Source: Amoebidium appalachense
Taxonomy: Eukaryota; Protista; Ichthyosporea
Length of the DNA stretch: 64,000 nucleotides
Reading direction: 5' to 3'
Assembly (NCBI GenBank): GCA_963693365.1
Contig: CAVNZM010000013.1
Coordinates: forward strand, 4,505,314 to 4,569,313
A program made the translations under genes and the position numbers. The notes below the pieces were generated by a model. It was given only the letters and a program-made list of their open reading frames with translations. It was not told where the DNA came from and made no database searches. Positions 22,883 through 32,000 of the stretch are shown here, piece by piece; position 1 is the stretch's first letter, and each line of letters starts with the position of its first letter.

Positions 22883-23015
22883 GTGTGCTGAAAATATGCT
22901 TTTCCATCCACAGGCATATGAGGATCTTCTCCACGACCTCACCCAGGCTTTGGACGACTCCAAGCACCCCCCTCTGAAGTCGGTCCCCGCATCCTCAGCA
23001 CCGGCAGAGAAATAG
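13289..23015 (+). CDS. PLP-dependent Cys/Met metabolism enzyme (cystathionine gamma-lyase/synthase family, YHR112C-like), 12 coding exons, 380 aa
   Basis: Exons 13289-13430, 13977-14060, 14872-14999, 16083-16167, 17059-17157, 18305-18405, 19596-19669, 20056-20119, 20930-21037, 21604-21673, 22244-22329, 22914-23015. All introns are GT-AG, phases match and the total is 1143 nt. Motifs: [47 protein letters not shown] (PLP lysine), [19 protein letters not shown]. Confidence 0.95.
15763..15999 (+). mobile_element. Poly-C-flanked dispersed repeat (subfamily A) with putative hammerhead-like core
   Basis: Near-identical inverted copy at 7131-7366. Contains GTCTGAGTT-GGAG, GGGTC-GAAA-CTCAGAC and CTCC-CTGAGGA-TG-GGCTC. 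Confidence 0.75.
16371..16585 (+). mobile_element. Subfamily B copy of the same repeat
   Basis: Shares AAGACGGG..GACCC, GAAACTC, CTGAGGATGGGCTCTGCTTA and the GCATTCAA end; flanked by C-runs. Confidence 0.7.
17388..17611. mobile_element. MITE-like inverted-repeat element
   Basis: CAACCACCGCTACTTCCATTTTAGC versus GCTAAAATGGGAGAAGCGGTGGTTG, with inner inverted GAGCCACAT/ATGTGGCTC. No clear TSD. Confidence 0.6.
17667..17985. mobile_element. AT-rich MITE-like element
   Basis: Imperfect ~35-bp TIRs (TTTGAAAAGTAGTATAAGTACATCG / CGATATACTTGTACTATACTTTTCAAA) and internal palindromes such as TCGATATACTTAAGTATATCGA. Confidence 0.55.
18970..19513. mobile_element. Non-autonomous TTAA-target DNA transposon (Kolobok-like)
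   Basis: TTAA|GGAGACTCGGGGGATGG...CCATCCCCTAAGTCTCC|TTAA, plus subterminal inverted GATCGACCAAATTCCA / TGGAATTTGATCGAT. Confidence 0.75.
20341..20481. repeat. 60-bp-period minisatellite (21+21+18 subunits)
   Basis: ATTTGGAATATGGACATATTG-type subunits, ~2.4 periods, intronic. Confidence 0.85.
20561..20680 (+). mobile_element. Diverged copy of the same repeat with CTGATGA core
   Basis: GTATTGGTT-GGG...AGAGTC-GAAA-CCCATGC...CCCCC-CTGATGA-TG-GGCTCT directly after a C-run. Confidence 0.55.
21964..22075. repeat. Tandem duplication of ~55 bp
   Basis: TATGACGATCTCCCCTTCATCCTTATTAGAACAAAGTATTGAATGAAAAGACATA occurs twice. Confidence 0.85.
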
Positions 23016-23660
23016 TTGGCACATTAAAAAGGGCAATTAATAGGATGGGAGAATTACAATGTTGGGATGTAGGCAAGGAATGCGGAAATAGAACGGACGT
23101 ATCGGCCCGCCGCAAGAGAGAGTGGGTACGTACCCCGCCAATCGTCATTGAAATAGACAGAGGTGGAGTGGAGGTTATACAGGTAGCATGCATATGTAGT
23201 AACCGAACTTATTGTGTCGATGATAAAAACGTTTTAAAAAGACTGCATTTTATTCTGGGACAAATTTAAACGATGTGTTGTACTATGTGTCTAGTTACGT
23301 ACCTTTGTGTATTTGGCTATATGTAGCTCTATGTTTTGGTGGTGTGTTTGGCCGTGTATAGTTGAAGTATAGGCACAAGCCGCTCCGCAAAGAAAATGTT
23401 TTGATTCGCTGTAACTGAGTCTATCTATGCCGCAGGACGAATTCTAGCACATGCTGCTGACCTCTGCCCTGGCTGGGCCGGGGGGATCGTTCATTTATGC
23501 AGCCTAGGCCTAATACCAGTAAAACAAACGAAGAAATGAATGTAAAAGCAAAATTCTATAGCTAAGATGATTGCCCGGAAGGACCCCCCCACCCCGGGGC
23601 CGGATCCCGCTCCCCAGCCCCCCCCCCCCCCCCCCCCCTGACCATACCTCTCCTATCTCC

Positions 23661-23691
<31 letters not shown>

Positions 23692-24632
23692 AAAAAAAAA
23701 AAAAAAGAACGCAAACGTGCACAAACTGTACACACACATTCCGTGACATGCACGTCACGTCCATGCACATATACTGACACCACCACCGGCACCACGAGAC
23801 GCATACGTATACATACGTTATACGTACACAAACCGGACAAGCACGCGCACACACATGCACGGGCACACGCACGCACGCACGCACACCGGCACAGGTGCAC
23901 GGTGTGGGTGGGCCCCCGACAGTGTCCACGCAATAAAAAGTGTATAAACCCCCATCGATTTCACAGTCTCTCATCATCCATTCACTGATCACAATGAGCT
24001 ATGATATTACGTAACGGAGCTATGCGCTTTGCATGACATTCATGCAATCATGTAGCCGCTTGAGCTCAACCGGCCCGGGGTGAAGAATTTCAGTTCCTAA
24101 ACCCTACATGTCTTTAATAAACGGCACATTCCCCCCCCTAAACTCTTAAGCATACCTTTTTCCCAATATTAATGTTAGCCTTGGCACATATACAACAGCT
24201 GCCACCATATCCTACACATAAATTTGTAAAAAAACCCTTCCGGGCGTTGATTTTTGGCTTCAAAAAATCTCCATTTTACAGCATTGAGGCTTGGGCCACG
24301 GAGTCGCTAATCTTATTAGCAAACGGTTACAAAATATCATTGACCGTTTCCGTTCCCGGTATTTTTAGCGTAAATTTTGTTTTTCGGATAAAGGAAGATA
24401 TAGAATTCAATCCCTGTTCATTGACTTTTCCCCGGACTCCGACGTCAGGTCAGTTCACGTGTTACCGTCACTTTTTCCTAGCGTAATAGCGAAAAAACAT
24501 TAATTGAATTTATTGTCAACTACTCAAAAGCAAACTCCTGACAAACATAATTCTTCGCTATTTGACTACTGCCGAAATCCCTATTTTTTCTGTTTTTTTT
24601 GTCTTTTGCCTTTTTTTTTACCCGCATCAAAC

Positions 24633-25421
24633 ATGGGTGAGGGCTGCGACGCAGGGCCACTCGAGAATGCCTTCGGAACGGCAGGAGGGGTTGTCCTTGC
24701 TTTGTGCTTGGTGCCACAAATCTACCAAAATATGAAGACGAAATCGACAGATGATCTCTCATATGGCTGGCTAGGAATGTACACCCTAGGGCTAGTGTTC
24801 ACCTTTGTATACATGGTAATGATAGGGGCGCTTGTGGGGTGGATAGGCGTCGCGGTTGAGGTGTCCCTAGCCCTCTTTACGCTTTACTTGAAAGTCTACT
24901 ATGAGAATTTCTACCACAGAAAAAGGAACCATAACAACGATGCTGAAAAAGGAGGAGAAAAGAGTTCCCCGTGTGGGGATTCCCCACGCGAAAGCGTTAA
25001 GGCAGCTGATGATAAATCACCTGCTTCACTGTTGGCCACGACGGCAATTCCAGTCGTTTCTCCGCAAGACAAGACGTTTTCCGTGAGGCTACCAGAAGAT
25101 TATCACTCAAATGTAACACATGTTCTCGAGAAGACAGAAACATGCGTGGGCAACCATTTGAATTCTCTTGGGAAACCTGCGTTGTTTTCAAGCATCTGGT
25201 CATCCCTTGAAAATGGGGCAACTGGAGGAAGGAAGGAGGGAGTTGTCATCACGCACACACACAACGGAACATGCATCACTGAGTTTTCGTGGGACACAAA
25301 CAGCGTAAAAGTTTCACTTACAGGGCAACTAGGCCAGGATTCCGCCTTTATTGACTGGCTAGTTTCCGGCCTGAGAGAGGCGGTGCTTGGAGAGAGTGGG
25401 AGTCACTCTGCAGCATGTTAG
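24633..25421 (+). CDS. Intronless single PQ-loop (SemiSWEET/MtN3-like, 3 TM) membrane protein with a soluble C-terminal domain, 262 aa
   Basis: ATG at 24633 in an AAAC context. Sequence LALCLVPQIYQNMKTKSTDDLSYGW is the PQ-loop signature, with three hydrophobic helices, a charged linker and a ~110 aa alpha/beta-like tail. Confidence 0.85.
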   Translation: MGEGCDAGPLENAFGTAGGVVLALCLVPQIYQNMKTKSTDDLSYGWLGMYTLGLVFTFVYMVMIGALVGWIGVAVEVSLALFTLYLKVYYENFYHRKRNHNNDAEKGGEKSSPCGDSPRESVKAADDKSPASLLATTAIPVVSPQDKTFSVRLPEDYHSNVTHVLEKTETCVGNHLNSLGKPALFSSIWSSLENGATGGRKEGVVITHTHNGTCITEFSWDTNSVKVSLTGQLGQDSAFIDWLVSGLREAVLGESGSHSAAC

Positions 25422-25960
25422 ACCATCTGCTCCTTCTCTTTTCCTTTTTTCCCCTTCCCCCCCCCCCCTCTTTTTTTGTTTGTTTGCTGATGTTTCCCAC
25501 ATACTTAAATGGTGTAGGGAGTGTGCTTCACGTCGGTTTTTTCTTGCTTGCAAAATTCACAAGAATCGAAGTTGTAAATTAGCAGTACCAATTAGCAGTA
25601 GCATGTACATATTGTTAGGTGGTAAGTAGGTCCGGAGTTGTGTTCTCCGTGTCAGCGTTGGACTCAAATGCGCGAAATATACTAACATGTTGTACAGGAG
25701 TTATAGGGGAAAAAGTCTGTAAAGGTTTGAGACCTTTGTACATGTGTTTTGGGAAGAGTTTTGGGAAAGAAGCAAGTACAGGTATTTCTATAGATTCATA
25801 CATGCAAACACTTCCATGTACACACATAACGCTCTGACAAGGGTGTAGTCATAGTCCACCTCGTTTGCACTTATGCACACCCGAAGCAACTTGGCTTTCA
25901 CATACACAAACGGTACACCCAATAAGCTCGTGCATATCCACACGCGCACGCGCAAACATA

Positions 25961-26003
<43 letters not shown>

Positions 26004-28398
26004 CACACACACACACACACACACCCTGTGCTGCATACAGGTACATACAAAAGTGTGTACACACGTACACACACACATTGGGGAGCACACTTGGTGGCAC
26101 ACACATACACACACAGACAGACAGAGGCACATGTGTGGTGCGTGCTCCGGGCTGCGCACGCAGGCACACACATTCTTTGCACGGACATTTCAGGCCTAGG
26201 GCTACTAGTAAAACATGCTCCCTCTTATTTTTTGAACTGAATGGCTAAGAGCCGCATGAAACACAAACTAACTGAAGTGATGGGTGCAAAACTAATAATA
26301 AATTGGTCCTACCTTCCCCCCCCTCCTCCTCCCGTCCCCCTCTCCCCATCCCCCCCCCCCCCCTCCCCCCCTCCCTCCCCTCCCCCCTTCCCCCCCCCCC
26401 CACCCCCCAACACCCCCGGGGGCCCCCTGATGTATATTTCGAGACCATGCAAAGTTTGAAGCGCACTGTGTTGGTATTCGTGAGACTGTCGTGGTGCCAA
26501 CATCTTTATCCCCCCTCCCCCCCCCCCTCCCCCCCCCCTATAAGCCCTCCCATCCCCCCCGCCTCCCCACCCTTCCCCTTCCCTCAATCCCTTCCGTAAA
26601 ATTGTAAACTTTGTGGTGCCGATGGTGGGGGGTGGCGTGGGGTGGGGGTGGGGGGGGGGGGGGATGTCGTCATATTTTGGGGTTTTTTGATTGGTGGTTG
26701 GCCCAGAGAGGTATAGCCGTATCTCACACCGTTTTTTTTTCTTTTTTTTTGGAGGGGGGGGGAGGGGGGGGCCTGGGAGGGGGAGAGGGGAGGGGGGGGG
26801 GGGGGCAGCACTGGTTGGGAGGCATTACCGTATTGAAGGATTTTGATTGGTGGTCAAGAGGTATCATCGTATTTCGGGTTTGGGTTGTCTGCAAACAAAT
26901 GTGTAGCCCGCATTTCCACACCGTGTTCTAATTACTACACTGACATTTATCACAAACGGTGGGTAGGACTATGTGAATGGGAATGGCCGATTGAATGGGA
27001 ATGGCCAATTGGCTAATCTGCTGGTTTTATTTTTATTGATTTTTCTAACACAATCATTCTATTGGCTGTTGCAGCGATCGCTGAGCTAGGGTAAATGTCG
27101 AATATATAGTTTTTGTTGAAACCATTTCTTTTCCCACATTTGTACAAGTGCTTCAAAGCTTAAAAAAAAAAAAAAACAAGTTTGCAACCGCATATAATCA
27201 CTTCCCCCCCCCCCCCCCCCCCCCCCCCCCTTCCCCCCGCCTGGCCCCCCCGCCTGCCCCCCCCCCCCCCCCCCCCCCGCCTCGGCCCCCCACCCCCCTT
27301 CCCCCCTCCCTCCTCCCCCCCCCCCCCCCCCGCCTGGGCCCCCCCGCCTCCCTCCCCCCCCTCCCCCCCCCCCCCCCCCCCCCGGACTCCCCCGCCCCTT
27401 CCCCTCTCTCCTCCCCGGTAAAAAACAGCTCACCCCAGGCCAGCTCCCCCATCCCCGAAACCCCCGCATGTTTACTAAGTGATGTCGCGCACGGATGGCA
27501 GAAAAGCTTGTCACCTACCCCCTCGAAACAAGAAAGGAATAACAAATTAAATCGCCGGAAAGGATTTCGGATATATGAAATGGAAACTTCGAATTCAGCA
27601 AGTCATCTGAAAGAAGATGTGTATTTCCGGGATGTCCAAAACCTAAAATGAAGAAATGAGAAAAAATAAACAACATAACTTTTTGCCGAAGTAAATGGGG
27701 CAATGAGTGAGTACGTTTCGTATACAAACATATAGAATAGTTTTCGAATGATAAAGAGCATGTGTATTGCTGACGTCGACCTAAGAGCTGTTTTATGCAC
27801 ACACACCTATTTCCTTTTCAGCTTTTGATATGAGTCCTGTTTCTTCTATTAATCAAGAATTTTTTCCCTTTCTTCTTCCCCCCTCCCCCCCCCCCCCCCC
27901 CCCCCGTTCGTCTCAGTTTCTCTTTTTTGTTCTTTTTGGGGAGGAGGGCGGGGGGGGGGGGGGGGGGGGGGGGGGACGTATACGATGTATAATGACAATC
28001 TTACAGCTGCTGCACCTATTATTCACATCACCATATGTGCATGTCTCTTAACACACGAAGACGTGGCACAAATCTCCCCCCCCCCCCCCCCCCTCCCCCC
28101 CCCCCCCCCCCCAACCATGCACCAACCCGCCCCTTTTTGGTCCCTCATTAATCTCAGCTCCATGGCTATGCATGTCTATTGATGGGCCAGTAGGCCAAGA
28201 ACACGGTGTTACCCTAGGCCTATAGCTAGCTAACAAAATTTGAGTAATATGCTTGCAACAGTGCAACTCGAAAGGTTTCTTATTTTCTGTTTAATTTTTT
28301 GGGTTAGTTCGGGGTTACGGTACGTGAGTTGACAATGTGTGTCACGGTGTGTGTGTGCTGTGTGTCCGTGTGTGTGTCCGTGTGTCCGTGTGTGTGTG

Positions 28399-28461
<63 letters not shown>

Positions 28462-28489
28462 CGTGTCACGGGGTGTGTGTGTGTGTGTG

Positions 28490-28540
<51 letters not shown>

Positions 28541-29249
28541 GTGTGTGTGTGGGTATGTGTGCGTGTCACGGTGTGTGTGTGTGTGTGTGCGTGTGTGTGT
28601 GTGTGTGTTTGTGTGTGCGTGTGTGTGTGCGTGTGTGTGTGTGTGTGTGTGCACGTGTGTGTGTGTGTGCTTGTCACACAGTGTGTGAGTGTGTGTTTGT
28701 GTGTGCGTGCGCGCGAGCCCGTGTGTGTGCACGTGCTGGTGCGGGTGCGGGTGAGATAGTAGTACGGGTTTGGGCGCGCTTGCGCGTGCGCGTCATGCAC
28801 GTGTATGTGCGTGTTCGTTTGTGTGTACGTGTGGGTGCTTGTGCGCTCTTTTGTGTGTGCATGTTTGTGTGTATAGGCGTGGGCGTGCGCGGTTATGCGG
28901 GCGTGTGTGCATGTGGGTGGGGTGTGCATTTTTTTTTTTTTTTTTTTTATTTTTTATTTTATTTTATCACGTTTTGTTCCCGGAGGCCTTTTCAGGCCCT
29001 CTAGGGAAACTACCGTCTACCACACAGCACCGACAGTACACTAGTTAAGGTGCTATCTATGAGTTCAGCTAAAACCATCCTTCACAACCTAACTATAAGT
29101 ACACACTTTGCCCAGGGCTACTACCCCAGCCACGCCGGCAGGAGGCTCCAGTCCTCCCCTCCATTCAAAAACCTAGCAATAAACGTTAACCGAGGGCTCT
29201 CATTGGTCGATCTACAGTATTGGGAAGTCCTAGGTGTTGTGTATAATAT

Positions 29250-32000
29250 TTACGGTGGGTATGGGTGGATGATGGGGTGTGGTGGTGGTGGTGGTGGGGG
29301 GTTGCTGCCTAACATTATGTGTTGGTGTACGTATGTTGTGGCGATGTTTTTGTGGACTAAAAGGTGGGTTTTACAGGGCACACCGGGTCTGTGGGTGTTC
29401 CGGCATTCAGAACAGGCCGGCCGGGTGTGTGTGGGGGGTGTATTTGTTGGTTTTTTGGGTTTTTGGAGAGCCATACTTTTCTTTCTACGGGTGGTGGGTA
29501 TATGGTGGTGTTTTTGCATTTTAGGGTGGGTGGGGGGGAGTGTTGTGTTCCGTGGGTGCCAAATTTTTGCAAAGAAAAAGGATTGCAACTCTACTGTGAT
29601 TTTTCCTAAGATGGCCCGGGTGGTGGTCTTGGTGGTGCCGGTGGCTGCAAGTAGTGGGCCCACCGATCGTGGGCAGAATCCCCGTTCGACCCACTTGGTG
29701 TCTTCGGGGTCAGGTGGGTCACCGTTGCCTCCTATCCAGTTTATCCATGCACATTGGTCTACCACCGTGGCTGCCGTATGGTGGTGCTGTGCCGTGGGGG
29801 GGGGGGTGTTTGGATGACGAGTGTGCAGGACGTTGTGGATGCAGGCTGTGATGGCGGTGGTCAGGGTGGGGACTTCCCCGGCATGGGCCGGGCAGGCCCA
29901 GAGGTGGGTGGTGGTCTCAGGGTGCTGGCTGCACCGGGGGCATGTGGGCTGTGTAACGACGGTGGGGTGATCTCGGTGTAGCCGTGCCATGGTAGGCAGG
30001 GTGCCCATGGCCAGGGACAGGCTACGAGTGTTTCCTCTGACTGCCCCGATGGTTGCCTGTGTGGGCCCCTTGTTGAGCTTGAGGGGGTTCCGTTCGGCTG
30101 GGAGCAGTCTGGGGTCGGCTAGTATGGACATAGCCTTGGTCTTGCCGGCCATGTCGGTGAGGAAGTCCTTGTTCAACCGGTTCAGTGTACCGGGAATGTT
30201 GCCGGGGATACGGTGGCCTTGTAGTCGTAGGAAGTATTTCCCCCCCCCCCCGGGGCCGGAGGTAGGGGGGGGGGAGGGGAGGACTCTTCCTGCATTGGCT
30301 GCCTTGTCTGCCTCGTTATTCCGTTGACCGTACCGTTTGGTGTTGGATTGGTGCCCCTTCACCCACGATACCTGTACAGAGCCTGGTTGCCGGAGAGAGA
30401 GTTGGTCTCGTACGTGAGCCCATTCCACTATGTGGGGGAACTTTAGCTTGCGTCGAGGGGGTGTGGTGGGGTCTATATTTGCCGTCCATCGGTCGACTAC
30501 TCCGAGGTTATCGAGCTTGATGTGGATGGGGGTGGTGGTGGGGGTGAGCAGGAGGGCTAGTAGTACCCCTGTGAGTTCGGCTTGGGTGGATGATAGGGCC
30601 GTATGGAGCCTGGTCTTGGCCGTCACTGGAGGTGCTTTCCGGTCCGGGGTATCCAGTGCCGCCCCGGCTCCGGCCTGGGCTATCCTCCTGCCCGGGTGGA
30701 TGAGGCTGCCGTCCGTATAAACGGTGATCGGTTGGTCTGGGGGGATCAGGGTGATTTGCTGCTGCCACTCGTCATAGGTGGCCTGGGGCACCAAGTCGGT
30801 GTAGGTGAGCCTACGGGGAGTGGGTGGGCTCGGCAGGTCAGCCGGGTGGGCCGTGCACTTGTGTCCTGGTGGTGACCCTACCGGTGGTGGCTGCTGGGGG
30901 GGGGGTGGGCCGGGGAGGTCCCCCGGTAAGGGTGTGGCTTCCTCGTTGGCTTGCAGGTGGAGCATCTGGGGTGATGCCTGTTGGTGGGGGGGAAGATGCC
31001 GCCGGAAATGGTGTATCTTCCTCCACTGCTCGGCCGGATCGGAGCCATCCTTCAGTGCGATGACTTGGTAGATGTCGATACTGTCGGTGTTGATGAAGTC
31101 CTTGTGGTACTTCGGGACTACCATGTGGGTGGTGATTCGGGTCTTGAAGGCCACGTAGGGGTCTGCCCGTATCACCTCCACAGCACGGGTCCACCCCACA
31201 CACTGCTTGTTGTGGGTGTGATTATCGGCTGGGGGCTCAGGGGGCTCGTATTTGCTGTTGGTGCTGTCGGTGTTAGAGTCCTCTGAGTCGTCGGAGTCGT
31301 CGCTGGGCCCCGTCGACTCCGATTCTGGCTCCGTGTCTAACCCTTCCCCCTCTCCGTCTGCGTACCCGGGGTTGGGGGAGAGGGTGGCCGGGGTGTAGGC
31401 TAGGTTCCATGGGGAGTGGCCGTATTTGCAGTCACCAGGGCAAAAGCGGAAATGGGCTGTTCCATGTGGGTCGTTCCACGTGGGTCGGTGCCATCTCAGC
31501 CCCTCCTCCTCTGTGTTGTCCCGTAGATGGGCTATTTTGACCCAAGCCTCCCCGTTGTGGGTGGTGTGGGCCACCACCTGGCTGAGTTCGTATTGCCCGT
31601 TCTTGACTATTTCCACCACGAATGCACCGACGGGGTGGTTTGGCACGAGGTCAATGGTGTGGTGGGTGTGTGGTCTGGGTGCTGGCCGTAGTTTGTCTGC
31701 GATGGGGATGGCCCCCTTGATGATGGACCTGTACCACTGTGTAGCTCCCGGGTGTAGTAGGTCTGGGGGGTGGGGCAGTTCGGGGAACGCCCGGAACACC
31801 CCCGGCCGTACCATGGTGTCCTCCACCGTGTAGAGTTGACGGGGGTGTGTGTGGGGGCCGATGTGGGCCGCAAAGGTGTGGTCCGGGAAAACGGTGTTGA
31901 TAGGGGTGCTGGTTGTTGTTGCTGCTTCCCCTCCTTCTCCTTGGGGGGAGGGGGGGTGGGGTGGGGGTGCTTGTGTTTTTTGGGGGAGGGGTTTCCCCAA
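29250..32000 (-). CDS. LINE ORF2 C-terminal fragment: RNase H plus zinc-binding domain
   Basis: RNase H motifs YTDGS, AELTG, LDN, WVKGH, NNEADKAA. Also CPRC...ETTTHLWAC and a terminal CSEC..H..C. Confidence 0.9.
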   Translation of the reverse strand: MGKPLPQKTQAPPPHPPSPQGEGGEAATTTSTPINTVFPDHTFAAHIGPHTHPRQLYTVEDTMVRPGVFRAFPELPHPPDLLHPGATQWYRSIIKGAIPIADKLRPAPRPHTHHTIDLVPNHPVGAFVVEIVKNGQYELSQVVAHTTHNGEAWVKIAHLRDNTEEEGLRWHRPTWNDPHGTAHFRFCPGDCKYGHSPWNLAYTPATLSPNPGYADGEGEGLDTEPESESTGPSDDSDDSEDSNTDSTNSKYEPPEPPADNHTHNKQCVGWTRAVEVIRADPYVAFKTRITTHMVVPKYHKDFINTDSIDIYQVIALKDGSDPAEQWRKIHHFRRHLPPHQQASPQMLHLQANEEATPLPGDLPGPPPPQQPPPVGSPPGHKCTAHPADLPSPPTPRRLTYTDLVPQATYDEWQQQITLIPPDQPITVYTDGSLIHPGRRIAQAGAGAALDTPDRKAPPVTAKTRLHTALSSTQAELTGVLLALLLTPTTTPIHIKLDNLGVVDRWTANIDPTTPPRRKLKFPHIVEWAHVRDQLSLRQPGSVQVSWVKGHQSNTKRYGQRNNEADKAANAGRVLPSPPPTSGPGGGGKYFLRLQGHRIPGNIPGTLNRLNKDFLTDMAGKTKAMSILADPRLLPAERNPLKLNKGPTQATIGAVRGNTRSLSLAMGTLPTMARLHRDHPTVVTQPTCPRCSQHPETTTHLWACPAHAGEVPTLTTAITACIHNVLHTRHPNTPPPTAQHHHTAATVVDQCAWINWIGGNGDPPDPEDTKWVERGFCPRSVGPLLAATGTTKTTTRAILGKITVELQSFFFAKIWHPRNTTLPPTHPKMQKHHHIPTTRRKKSMALQKPKKPTNTPPTHTRPACSECRNTHRPGVPCKTHLLVHKNIATTYVHQHIMLGSNPPPPPPPHPIIHPYPP

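Noticed and set aside
24504-24632. Longer TTG-initiated N-terminus of the PQ-loop ORF
   Set aside because: T-rich UTR-like sequence; the first ATG at 24633 fits the domain start.
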